From assembly GCF_006345805.1 (NCBI RefSeq), contig NC_043002.1:81840001-81904000 (forward strand): a DNA stretch of 64,000 nt. The letters run 5' to 3'. A model generated the notes under the pieces. It searched no databases and was not told where the DNA came from. It saw only the letters and a list, made by a program, of their open reading frames with translations. A program made the position numbers and the translations under genes. Positions 25,097 through 37,535 of this stretch are shown piece by piece. How positions within the stretch are numbered: the first letter of the stretch is position 1; every line of letters starts with the position of its first letter. This stretch comes from Octopus sinensis. Taxonomy: Eukaryota.

Positions 25097-27244
25097 CATA
25101 CAACCATACTGGTGTTAAGTTAACTGGAATTCCTTAACTTTCTGGTTTATTCATGTCAGATGCTGGGGTTATTTAGCTAGAGTTTACTTCCTCCAGATTT
25201 TGCATAAACCGAGTCAATAATGGATAATTCAACAGCCTATTATTGATTGATCGCTCACTATAAAGTGATAAAATTGAAATTATAGAGAAGTATGTCTGAA
25301 ATGTAAATTTAAATCGAAATTCAATAAATGATAAGTTACTGAACATTCAATTTTCATTTAACTAAAAGAAAAAAAATATAACTTAAAAAAAAAAAAATAA
25401 AGTTCTGTTCACAGTTATGATTGGTTATATTTACAGCTTCTAGATTTTTAGATTGATAATTGTTGTTGTTAAGCAGCATTGGGTTGGCCCAGTTGGGTAG
25501 ATTTGTAAATAGAGGCTTTCCTGATGTGACCATCACATCTTACATTGTCATTGTGTAACTAGGAGTACAAGATCTCTTGGGTTCTTTTTTTTCTTTTTTT
25601 CTTTTTTTCTTTTTTTTTTGTAACAATGTAGCATATATGGTTTGAGGAAATTGTGACTGCTACATCAGATTAAGTCTTTGCTTACACACGTGGGTGCATG
25701 CGTGAGTGAGTGAGTGTAAAACATGGGCAAAGAAAGAAAAGAAAGGTCGGCGTTTTCTCTTTACGTTACGACGAGTAATGAATTTTCTCAGATCAGTAAT
25801 TTTCCAGTAATTTTCTGCTATTGATTAATATGAAACAAGACTTAAAAAAATCATCATCATAATTATTATTATTATTATTGTTGCTATTTCTGGTTTACTC
25901 ATTGTTCATAAGGAGAACCCAAATGCCACCCTTTTGACCTCCCCGCCCATCCTCCACACACTCATAGACAATGTTTCATGGTTATTTATATTTACTGGTG
26001 TTGCCATTAAGTGGTCCAGGTTTATTTTTTTAATAAGAAAACATAGCAGGATGTTAACTAAAATATTGCAAACAGAGAAGGGGAGAGAGAGAGAGAGAGA
26101 GTGAGAGAGAAAATAGAGGTTTTTTCTCCCCTCCTCCTTTGTTTTTACTTTGTGTGTGTGTGTGTGTGTGATGATTGTCAAAAGCAATAACCCAGTTGGA
26201 AAGTACTTGGTAAACTTGATGTTTGCTAGCACTTATTGATGCCTGAACCAGCGGACATAGAACGCAGTTCATTCTTAGGAAATAATGACTGATATGTTTG
26301 GTGTTTTTATATGGCTATCAGATCTAGCGTACATGTATTTAACAGCTTTTATTGCAATCAGAGCTGCATTGCCTAAGAGACTTTCGTGTATGTAAGCCAG
26401 TTGATGGTGTACACATGCTCGTATACATGCATGCACACACACACCACACACACACACACACACAACACACATATCGAACTTACACTTGAACGCATTCACA
26501 CATACACAAGCAATTGTGTCTTTGCATGCATAGACACAAATGCTTTATGCTGAGATGCAAACATGCGTGCGCGCGCACACACACACACACTCTCTCTCTC
26601 ACACACACACTTGCATTCACTCACTCTTTGTCAATGCAGGGACCAGTTGTTAATTGGTCTTGAGATTAGAAGAATCCGTCTCCATAGCAGATGATCAATA
26701 ATGATACTAAAGGATTAGGAAACTGTTCGGTGATGATGGTGGTGGTGGTGGTGGTGGATGAGGTGTAGTATGAATTATTAGATGGTTTATTTAAATGGTT
26801 TTACTGGAAACAATATTCAGACAAACACTGATAGTGTAGCGGTGGGGAGTAGCAGGGTGAACAGGTATAGGTGTGGGATGTTGGTATCGGAAGCAGGGTG
26901 GTGGCAAAAGCTGTGCATACCAACCAGTTGGCCTGCAGCCGTTTACATAAGGTTAGGTTTAAATCTATAGTTCACCGGTAGAACACTGCTAGCGTCATCT
27001 TCTCTCTTCTTCTTGTTGTATTGTAATGAAGTAGCTAACACAGTTGGGTCTATAATGTAATCCTTCTTCCTGATAGAAAGCGTGTGTGTGTGTGTTTATA
27101 AGCGTATATTAGTTTATACATACTTTCAGACATGTGCACAAATATGCAAGTGCAAGTGCATGCAATAGTTACCAATTTCACAGCAAAGCGCATGTGAACG
27201 ACGTGCACATACACACACAACAACCATCAAATGCTGGTGTTAAG

Positions 27245-28560
27245 CTGACTTTTCCCCATCAAAATCCAGTGAGGATCATCTCTGTAGATCCTTTCATCAC
27301 TGCCCCCAATCCTTGACATGCAACTTAAGTTCCAGATGGGACATATAAATGTTTAGTTTCAGGGTTCAGTTGTTACTCAGTGTACATTGCCTCTTTTCTT
27401 GCTTCTCATTTTATATATCTTCAATTCCTTTCCGGCTGTGGAGCCGCCACAATGAATGGCACGCTCTCGAACAAGCTGATATTGCTTCACTTCAAAATGC
27501 TGTCTAGCTGGTCTTTGAATCACTTCCTTAGACCTCCATCTATGTATTAGCTGTAGCCATCACATACGGTTCCTATGTAGTGTTGATTCAAAGCTGCTGG
27601 TGTTGTTGGTTCAATGGAAGATTTTAATCCTATCTCTCTAGATGATTGGAATAAATAAAGGCATAAGCTGTTAAAGACCTTCAGTTTCTTAACCCTTTTG
27701 TTACCTACCCGGCTGAAACTGGCTCTGGCTCTTTAGTACAAATGTCTGGTTTTCAAAAGTTCTGAATTAAAATCTTCCACCAAACCTTAGTCACAATTTA
27801 TGTCCCTAACACTAGCTTGATGATAACGATGTTAATTTACTTAATTCTTTGTTATATTTAAAATAATTGGAAGAAACACAGAGCATCTCAAAATAAATAC
27901 AGTAATGAAAGGGTTAATGTATATATATAGTCTATGTCTCTTGCTCATACAAGAATGGAATTACAGACTGCCCAGTAGCACAAAACCTTTATAAGGCAGC
28001 TGAAGCTGTTGTTTAGAACCCTTTCTTGGACTTCCAAAAGATTCATAAGCCTTTCTAAGTCGTTTAGAAGGTGTATAGCTGTAAGGAAACCTGGCAGAAG
28101 TCTTAGTGGGGGAGAGCTTATATACTGACAGTGAGAACTCATTCATTGGACTTGATTCCCAGTTTACTACTTGGACCAGCCTAGTTCCTGGCGGTGAACT
28201 GTAAGAGTGCTGCATGCACTAGAAACGCACACACCACCTAACACATACACGACTAAAAAAAAAAAAAAAAAAAAAGATAATCCATATTACCTTATGTGCA
28301 AGCACAGCTGGAAACCTAATACATGCACATACACGTGTGTGTGTGTTAGCTTTCTTTATATTGGAATTAGTCTTACCTCCTCCTCTTCCATCTTTTCCTG
28401 CATTTCGACAGCTCTTTTAGCAAGACGAGGGTTGGCTGGATTGAGAAAGTAGTTTAGTGAGTGCAGAACAACAGGTGTTTTGAGTGCTAGGTGAAGGTCT
28501 GCTTCAATCTTTTCTTTCTGTTACAATCACCATTAAGGCTGGATGTTTGTTATGACCATA
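27245..28560 (-). mobile_element. Decayed RTE-clade LINE (reverse transcriptase C-terminal half to 3' end), split by a MITE
   Basis: Frameshifted minus-strand peptides in RTE order: FPY, RLRKAYESFG, ERVLNN, IKVLCYWAVCNSIL, ET*TIY, KKLKVF, RDRI, ESTLHRNRM*WL, GGLRK*FKDQL, SLWR...KGIED and C-terminal FICPIWNLSCMSRIG. The 28200-28560 part is less certain. Confidence 0.8.
27689..27917. mobile_element. piggyBac-type MITE family E, full length, inserted in the RTE LINE
   Basis: TTAA-cccttttgttac ... gtaatgaaaggg-TTAA; the RTE peptide resumes across the TTAA. Confidence 0.9.
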
Positions 28561-28787
28561 GTGCAGAGTCCATTTTTATTTAATTATTTATTTACCTTTT
28601 TCCTCCCCGCTCTCTCTGCCTCTGCCGACCACTTTCTTCTCTTCCCCACCCCACCCCCGCTCTCTTCTCTCTCTGTGCTGTTTCTTTTCCTCTCAATGGA
28701 TATTTTGTAAATAAGAGATTGGCAGTGTGACAGTAACTGAATATGCACACGAAAAGGTGTGTGTATATGTATGTGTGCAATATATAC

Positions 28788-28792
<5 letters not shown>

Positions 28793-28835
<43 letters not shown>

Positions 28836-28888
28836 ACTCACTCTCTCATCCACTCTCTCTCTCTCTCTCTCTCTCCCTCCCTCCTCCC
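28793..28888. repeat. (CT)n homopyrimidine tract
   Basis: Seen directly. Confidence 0.9.
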
Positions 28889-29152
28889 TGGGGATTTATG
28901 TTTAAATCTTGGGTGTAAAGAATGGGAAATGTGTCCTTTTTCTTTCCCTTTTCTTTATAATAGTTGTCAAACCATTTAAACTCTGCTGTATCCTTAGGCC
29001 TTGGCAATTACCTACCTCTTCTTCTTCCACCCCCACATCCTCCATTACTACACAACATTTATCTACCTGCGCTACAATACCTACCATTGCACTGCACTAT
29101 GTATGCATACACACACATACACATGTACAGTACACCAGTTGACCCTCTGCTG

Positions 29153-29209
<57 letters not shown>

Positions 29210-29599
29210 CACATACACACACACATCCTTGTGCTACAACACCAACCATGACACTCCATTTACTCTTTCACTTTGGCACATCCACCACTACACTATATAT
29301 CTCCTCCACTACAACACCACCCGCCCACACCCATTTCAACCCCCACCCCCACTACATTGTACCACCACCACTACTGTCGTGGCAACTACACCCAATTTAT
29401 TCTCAATTACACTACACAACATCTACCTACAAACTTCATATATTCCCACTAACAATAGCCATCACTGCTCCCACCACGGTGCTTATAACTACACTACAAT
29501 TACTCCAACCCCATTTATATTTATCGAGCTATCACCTTCAATTACCTCTGGTTTTGCTTTCATTTGAGTTTTTTGGGGGGTTTTTTTAATGTAATTTTG

Positions 29600-30140
29600 T
29601 GCAGGCGTGGCTCTGTGGTAAGAAGTTTCCTTCCCAGCCATACAATTCTGAGCTCAGTCCCACTTTAGGAAGTGTCATCTACTATGTAGCTGGACTGGTC
29701 AAATCTCTGTTAGTGGATTTGGTAGCTGAAACTGAAAGAAGCTATCAGTGTGTGTGTGTGTGTGTCTTTGCATTTGTGTTTGTCTCCAACCACTGTTTGG
29801 TTTATTTACATCCATGTAACTTAATAGTTCGGCTAAAGAGACCAATAGAAGAAGTACAAGGCTTAAAAGAAAAAAAAAAAGTACTGGGATTCATTCATTT
29901 GACATCATTTCTTTTGAGGCAGTGCCCTGGCAGAAGCATTAGCATGCCGGGCGAAATGCTTGGTAGTATTTCATGTCTTTACATTCTGAGTTCAAATTCC
30001 ATCGAGGTCAACTTTGCCTTTCATCCTTTCAGGATCAATTAAATAACTACCAGTTACGCACTGGGGTCGATGTAGCCAACTTAATTCCTTTGCCCTTGTT
30101 TGCCTCCTCTATGTTTAGCTCCCTGTGGGCAATAAAGAAA
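29600..30140 (+). mobile_element. SINE A (29600-29930) immediately followed by SINE B (29928-30140)
   Basis: caggcgtggctctgtggtaagaag head and body, then ctggcagaagcattagcatgccgggcgaaatgc SINE B. The A tail motif ctttgaagcagtgccct recurs at about 30170 like a TSD. Confidence 0.8.
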
Positions 30141-30231
30141 GATTTAAAAAAAAAAAACTAAAAATTTTCTTTGAAGCAGTGCCCTAGTCTAATGACTTGA
30201 AACAAGTAAAAGATAAAAGATTGTAAGTACT

Positions 30232-30852
30232 ATTGTCCACCACAACAGAATTGATGTCCTAAACCCACAGGGCCATGTAAAAAGTGCTGGTGTCTCATAA
30301 AAAATATTGGTGGTGGTGATGCCATATAAAAGCACGGTTGATAGTGGCACTGGTGCTGGTGTTATGTTAAAAAACAGTAGTAATGGTACCACTTAGAAAG
30401 CATCGGTGTTGGTGCCACATAAAAAGCACTGGTGATGGTGCTATGTAAAAACGCCCAGTACACAAAGTGGTTGGCATGAGGTAAGGCATCCAGCTGTTAG
30501 AAACCAAGTCAAAACAAGCTATTGGACCTAGTGCAGGGTCCCTGGTTTTGTCATCTCCTGTCAAGCTATCCAGCTCATGCCAGCATGGAAAAGGGATGTT
30601 AACCCTTTCTTTACTGTATTCATTTTGAGATGCTCTGTGCTTCTTTCAATTCCTCTAAATATAACAAAGAATTTAGTAAAATAACTTCGTTACCATTCAG
30701 CTAGTGTTAGGAACATAAATTTTGACTGAGGTTTGGTGGAAGATTTTAATTCAAAACTTATGGAAACAAGACATTTGTACTCCGAGCCAGAGTGTGTGGG
30801 GGGGGGGGTAGCCAGATCGGTAATGAAAGAGTTAAATGATGATGATGATGAT
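30232..30852 (+). mobile_element. SINE-like family C copy with internal minisatellite, split by MITE E
   Basis: About seven degenerate ggtgccacataaaaagcac units at 30262-30455; tail cagcatggaaaagggatgTTAA[MITE]TTAAatgatgatg. Confidence 0.8.
30599..30835. mobile_element. MITE family E copy, inverted relative to 27689-27917
   Basis: TTAA-ccctttctttac ... gtaatgaaagag-TTAA; reverse complement aligns to 27689-27917. Confidence 0.9.
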
Positions 30853-33539
30853 TACTGTTGTATAGTAACCAATACCATTACCCCCACCCCCTGTTACCTT
30901 CATCAACATTGCAGAAGACTATCAGCATCTGTCATCACCAACACCAACCATCAACATTATCACTCTCACCAGCCACATCATCGATCACCACCACCACCAC
31001 CACCGCCATTGTCATCATATTTCCACCAGCATCATCATTATCATCATTCCACCACCACAATCAACATTATCAGCTCACCACCATTGTCATCACCCACCAA
31101 CACTATCACTTGCTGTCAACAACATCACCTGTGAACACTGGCACCACTATCATCATCATCATCATCATCATCAACTAAAGCTTCATTAGCCAACACCATT
31201 AATGTCTCTTCATGTGTTTTTCTTTGTGTTTGTGTGTGTGTTTTTTTTTTCTAGCATAGTTTTTAGTTTATTATTACAAAAAGATGTCAGAGGAGTGAGA
31301 ATTCCAGAATCTGTAACAATCTTTTTTTTTTTTTCCTGTTGAAGTGACATTGTTTTCATTTGTGTGTTTGTACATTTGTGTTCGTGTGTGTGTGAGGAAA
31401 ATAAAAAGTAAGATAATTAAATGAGATATCACTGGAGTAGTTTGTTGTTAATTGTTTTTAACTATTTTCTGTTATTGCATTTTTTTTTATTAAAAAAAAA
31501 AGCTTTCTTAAGGCTATAATTTCATTTTGCTTCTCATAACCCCACCTCTTCTTTCCCCCCATCCCTTCCCCCACCGGCAGAGGTGAGGGTAGGAGGATGT
31601 GTTAAAGACATTACTTACAGGTTAAGTTTAACAGTTTAATTTTCTTCGTTTTTTTTTTAAACACCCCCTCTCCCTCAATTCCTCTTACTCAGCTGGTTGA
31701 GGGTGGTGGGAGAGTGTTTAAAAAGTAAAAAAAAAAAATGTAACAAAACAAAAAAAAAATACATTTCTTACAGAATAAGTTTCACAACTCAATTTTATTT
31801 TACATGTTCGTTTTAAATACCAGAATCTGTTGTAGTTATTGTTGCTAATGTTGATGTTGGAATAAACAGAAATCTCCTGAGTTGTAAGTTTTTGGTTAAT
31901 GCTTCTGTAGAAAAAAATAATAATAATAATAATAATAATAATAAGTCTGGTTGAAGAATTAGTTATTTTCTTTTTCTTTTCCCAGTTGAAATGATTGAAG
32001 TTTCCTGATGTTTAATGATTACTGTTCATTTTAGTCTAGTAGCTACCATATGGATGCAGATAGGCAGCTAGATGCTGGCTGGCCAGCTTCATGTTTTAGA
32101 CTACCCCCACTTCCACCCCCCACACCAATAGAGTGAGAAAGAAAGAGAGAAAGCAACAACATTAAAAATGAGGTGAAAACAGCAACAACGTCAATAACGA
32201 CTGAGAGACCGGTTGAGTTCTATATATCAAATTCATTAATTTATAAGTCTGCAAAGCTTAACAAGCCACCCAGCCTATAATTATAATTATACTTTTGTCA
32301 CTGGCTTGTCAAACCGAATTAGTTAATTTCAATGAATTAGTTTGCTGTTAATTGAAATAGAAGATGGAATAAAAATTTGGTGTTTCCAGCTTTTCATTAA
32401 TGACTAGACTGAATAGCTTTGAAATTTCAGTTTGAGAGAGAGCCAGAGAGAGAGCGAAGGGGTGTGTGAAGTGGCCATCACTCCTTCCTCTCTTCCAAAT
32501 TTATTGAAGAATGAAGGAAAAGAGTGGGAAAATGAAACATTTTTGTTGTGTGTTCAGTCATTTTTTTCCTGTGTAGGGTAGTGATGATGATGGGATAGAA
32601 GTAAGGATTGCTTCATTCTTTTAAACTTTTTTTCACATTATTTTTAAAGGTAAAAGGAGTGGAGGAGGAGAATAAAATTAAAGTGCTTGACATGTCATCA
32701 CTGGAAGTAACTTAGAGAGTTAGGTATTGTAGATATCCCAGACATCAAACCCTTGAAAAACGAGCGATCGAGCTCATTTGAGCAGTGTTTGAATTCTGAA
32801 GTACATCAGCTATTGAACTTGTGCCATTGGATAGCATAAACCAGCAAAGGAATTTTTAAGTAGTTCAATATAGTTGCTAGATCTCTTTTTTTAAAAAAAT
32901 GCATAAAAGAATGCATACTCTCTATATGAACCACATGCATAGACCACATTAGAGACTGGTAGCAATTAGAATTCCAATCAGCTACTGATTTCATGTGGTG
33001 TTTGAACAGGGCACAGCATTAACAAATTCTTTCTCCATGTAACATGCCTGCAGGCATTAGCAACCATAGACTTCCAGGCCACTGTCTAAAGATTCATAAA
33101 TTTTCTTAGGAAAGTTACTGAAGTGGTTTCTCATTACCTTCTACTGGTTTATTTCTGCTAGTCTCCTGCCCTCTTGAGCTATTCTTGGGGTTTTAGACCA
33201 ACCTATTTAGCTCTCAAGTACCCCTTTTGGGGTCGATTAAATAAGTACCAGTTATGCACTGGGGTCGATATAATCGACTTAATCCGTTTGTCTGTCTTTG
33301 TTTGTCCCCTCTGTGTTTAGCCCCTTCTGGGTAGTAAAGAAATAGGTATGTGTCTAGGAGCCTTCACTCCTCCAATTCTTATATGCTTTAGTCTCAAGGT
33401 TTTCTTCTGCCATTTGACCCATACTTGCTAGGTATTGCCACCTCAGGCTAGAGCAGACCTGGAAGTAGGGATGATGAACAGGTAACCCTATACACCCTAA
33501 AGCTTCTGAGCTGGAGTTTCACTCCCGGATTCAGTGAAA

Positions 33540-34123
33540 CCCTTTACCTATCAGATTACTGTGTTAAATGTAAAGCTTGTTTATTCATATTGTTTTTGAA
33601 TTAATCCAGTATTATCATGTTACTTTGAGATTGTCAAGCTGTGATTGCATACTTTTAGAATGACATTGTAGGGTAGGTGTAAGAGGCTGTTTGAACATAA
33701 AACAGATTGAATATTTGAGGCAAATATGGCTAGTTTAACCCTTTAGCATTCAGATTATTCTGTCAAATGTAATGCTTATTTATTCAATTGTTTTTCATTA
33801 ATCAAGCATTATTTTATAGGCTTGAAATTACGATGATGTAATTATAAATTCTTTAATACCATAGAAGGGTAGATGTGATAGGCTGGATCTGGCTGGCTAA
33901 AACAAATAGCATATTTGGGCCAGTAACGGAACTTGTCTCATGTGCTTATCATGTGCATTGCACTGCTTCCTATCTGCTGTTTAATTATTATTATGGCTAG
34001 TCTGCATTGTTTTTAACCACAGAGAACAATTTTCAACAATTAATATTCCTGCTGCTTGTCATTACACTTCTAAATTTACCTAATTTTACTCCATGTAAAG
34101 GATTAAATTCTAAAGGACTAAAA
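33540..34123. mobile_element. Two nested MITE family D copies, the second carrying a 177-bp foreign insert
   Basis: Second copy starts at the internal TTAA (33735) of the first copy's end; remnants taaaggaTTAA-attctaaaggactaa follow the insert. Confidence 0.8.
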
Positions 34124-34782
34124 AGCCTTGCAGGACAAATTAATAAAGTATTTGTGTGTGTGTGTGGGGGGGGGTTACCCCAGCCAAATTCCCTTTAAAC
34201 CATCACTACCATTCCAAATAGGGAAAGATATAATTTGGATAATCATTCTAATGCATTATCTGCAATGGTCATGGTTGGAGCGCTTCTACTCATAGATCTA
34301 CACAGTCAGGTTCGACCTGGGACTTGATATCAACAACTTGATGCTGTCCAACCAGCTTTACTATGTAAAGCATGTCTAGACTGTTACACTGCACTCAATG
34401 CAACCTAAAATGGTATGAAATGGCACACACACACAGCTTGCTTCAGACGAGACTGAATCATGGCTTTTCTGGTGCACTGGATGAGACTGTTGCTTTGAAA
34501 CATTCAATCAAATATTTTCCATGTTATAGGTCTCTCTGTACAAGCAAAACTGACTCAACAACTACAACAACCACAACCACAGCAACAGCAGCAGCGACAA
34601 AACCTGTAACGGAACTTGCCTCATGCGCTTATCATGTGCATTGCACTGCTTCCTATCTGCTGTTTAATTATTATTATGGCTAGTCTGCATTGTTTTTAAC
34701 CACAGAGAACAATTTTCAACAATTAATATTCCTGCTGCTTGTCATTACACTTCTAAATTTACCTAATTTTACTCCATGTAAA
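33923..34782 (+). repeat. 177-bp dispersed direct duplication (33923-34099 and 34606-34782)
   Basis: Identical apart from two C/T differences by my reading; the ORF track shows the same peptide twice. Confidence 0.97.
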
Positions 34783-34793
34783 TTAGCTGTGAT

Positions 34794-34830
<37 letters not shown>

Positions 34831-35208
34831 CGTTGTGCATGTGCAAGTGGAAAAGCTGAGAGAGTGAGGGAGCTTCATTCATGAATGTGTAGGATATCAA
34901 CACTAGGGAACTGGTATATATGTCTCTGGTTGGTTGGTGCACTTGTGGACAGAGGCTTTCTTCTTGTGCTGTGTGTGTGTGTGTGATTAGTAATTATAAT
35001 AATTCTCTCCACTCCCACCCTTAGCTCCCAAGCACTAGCATTCAACATCTCTCTTGACTGGCAAGCAGTCTGTCTGTCAAGAAAGATAAGTTAATCATTA
35101 TAGTATATCATTGTTAATTTTAAGTTTCACCTGCTGTCATGGATGATTGTCATCCCACCTGTAAGGAAAGTAACCTGTACTGGTTACCATTTGACATCAC
35201 TTGTATGA

Positions 35209-35209
<1 letters not shown>

Positions 35210-35254
<45 letters not shown>

Positions 35255-35730
35255 GCATTGAGCTGGTAGAATCATTAGCATGCTGGACATGTTTTGTGGC
35301 ATTTTGCCTGTCTTTACATTCTCAGTTCAAATTCTGTGGAGGTCAACTTCACCTTTCATCATCCTTTTCAGCTCAAGAAAATAACTACCAGCTGAGCATG
35401 GTGGTGTTGGTTTGATATAATGGACTTAACCCTCTCCTGAAATTTCTGGCCTTGTGCCAAAATTTGAAACCATTATTATTTTTATTATCATTATTATTAT
35501 TATTGTTATGTAAGGTGGTTTGTTGGCAGAATCATAAGCACACTGGGCAAAACGCTTAGCAGTTTTTTGCCTGTCGCTACGTTCTAAGTTAAAATTCTGT
35601 TGAGGTCTACTTTCCCTTTCATCCTTTTGGGGTTAATAAAATTAAGTGCCAGTGAAACACTGGTGTTGATTAGTCCCTTCTCCCCAAATGTGAATCCTTG
35701 TGCCCCTAGTAGAAAGGATTATTATTATAA
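35210..35730 (+). mobile_element. Two SINE B copies embedded in (TTA)n tracts
   Basis: gagctggtagaatcattagc at about 35260 and ttggcagaatcataagc at about 35523, each ending in attattatt. Confidence 0.85.
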
Positions 35731-35754
35731 AACTATTACATACTACTTTAGTTT

Positions 35755-36330
35755 GCAGGGATTTTGTCTTGAGGTTTGTTGACAAGTCTCTTCAAATTGT
35801 AAGAATCTTTACTTGGGATTCTTGCAGAATATACAGAATACAGGATAGTACTTTTCTGCTGGTCAACAATGCATGTTTCAATTCCAATATCCTTCAACCT
35901 CTTACGAATCAGTCACAATATTGTCAAGTTGCACCAGTTACCATCAGAACATTTGTCAGTTTAGTTTTCCACAGCCTCTCTGGCTAGGTCCTGATATTCC
36001 TCAATTTCTTTGGTATCCAAAGGTGGTGAGCTGGCAGAAACGTCAGCACGCTGGGCGAAATGCTTAGCGGTAGTTTCTCTCTTTACATTCTGAGTTCAAA
36101 TACCGCCGAGGTCGACCTTGTCTTTCATCCTTTCAGGGTCGATAAATTAAGTGCCATTTGTACATTGGGGTCGATCTAATCGACTGGCCCTCACCCACCA
36201 AAATGTCAGGCTTTGTGCCTAGAGTAGAAAAGAATTTCTTTGGTATCCACTTTATTATCATTATATCATTGCAAAGTCATGAGGAAAAGTTTAACATTTT
36301 GGGCAGTAGCTTTTATTGGGAAGTATCAAA
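35755..36330 (-). mobile_element. R4/Dong-type LINE 3' fragment (restriction-like endonuclease region), split by a SINE B
   Basis: Minus peptides DFA..DNKVDTKEIEEYQDLARE..RLWKTK..VTGA..KRLKDIGIETCIVDQQKSTILYS.RI match the RLE pattern IDxAxPxD..KExEKxxKYQDL..LW....GAxG. Confidence 0.8.
36020..36232 (+). mobile_element. SINE family B, young full-length copy with 17-bp TSD
   Basis: TSD AATTTCTTTGGTATCCA at 36003-36019 and 36233-36249; B box gagttcaaatacc; CpGs largely retained. Confidence 0.95.
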
Positions 36331-37133
36331 AATGTTTTAACCCCATTGACTGCACAGGTCTTGGAGGGCCTGCTTAGATTGTGGGGAGGAAGTGGGGAGA
36401 GGATTATTTGCCTTTTCATACTTGCTGATTGCTGATATAATAAACCAATCCTAGTTTCTTTGGATTCTACTGTTTTATTTTTGCACTTCTCCAAATTTGC
36501 ATCTTAATGTATATTGCTCCTGCTGCTCCTCCTCCTGCTACTGCTACTACTACTACTACTACTACTACTTGTTGAAGGAATGGACAGTAGAATCAATGAA
36601 TTGCTACTGGACAAAGAAGTGCTTGCTTAGTTTATATTCTTTTACATTGTGGACCCCTCCCAGGATCAATGAAAGAAGCAGCTTTCTCTCTCAGTTTTTG
36701 GTCTTGTACCTACCTACCTACCTACCTACCTTAAGAATTATTATTAGTAGGGTAGGATGTTGGCATCGTTGATAAGCATTGAAATTTATCTGCTTTGGGG
36801 TTTCATTTTAATATATTTGAATGAATTTTGTATTTTATTTATCCTGATCAATAAATTTGTTATCAGTAATAATGGATTAGATTCTTAACATTATTCTCCT
36901 TTCTAGGCAATTATAGGGTTTGTACCCAGTCAGCAGATATCAAAATTATTGATTTCCTACATAAACACTATACCGATTGATTGAGGAGAAAGGAACAATC
37001 AATTAACCCATTATGATACGAATCCATCTGAGACTGCCTCTCATTCTATAATTACAAAACCTCTTGTTTGAACATGGTGATATTTAAATGAAAACCTTCC
37101 TTTGTATTCCAAACTATCTGTCTTTTATCTCTT

Positions 37134-37478
37134 ACTTGTCTCAGTCACTGGACAGTGGCCATGCTAGTGCACCGCCACGAAGGGTTTAGTCAAACAAATC
37201 AATCCCAGTGTTCATTTTTAAATCTGGTACTTATTCTGTTGATGTCTTCTGCTGAACTGCTAAGTTTTTGGGGTGTAAATGAAGCAGCACTGGTTGTTAA
37301 GTGATGATGGGGGACAAACACAAATACATGCATACAACAGACTTTGCACGCAGTTTTCACCTATCAGATTCATTCACAAGGGATCAGTTGGCCTAAGGCT
37401 ACAGTAGAAGATCTTTGCTTAAAGTGCTACACAATAAGATTGAGCCTAGAAACTAGCTTCTTTACTACACATGCATGC
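37134..37478 (-). mobile_element. SINE family A, diverged copy
   Basis: Colinear degenerate match to 6080-6455. Confidence 0.8.
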
Positions 37479-37498
37479 CTGCAAAAATGGTGGAGCAA

Positions 37499-37535
<37 letters not shown>

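Noticed and set aside
30262-30455. Regularly spaced short repeats superficially like a CRISPR array
   Set aside because: Degenerate internal minisatellite of SINE family C in eukaryotic DNA; no unique spacers or cas genes.
30733-31178. His/Pro/Thr-rich ORFs
   Set aside because: Derived from degenerate (CAT)/(CAC)n repeats and a MITE end.
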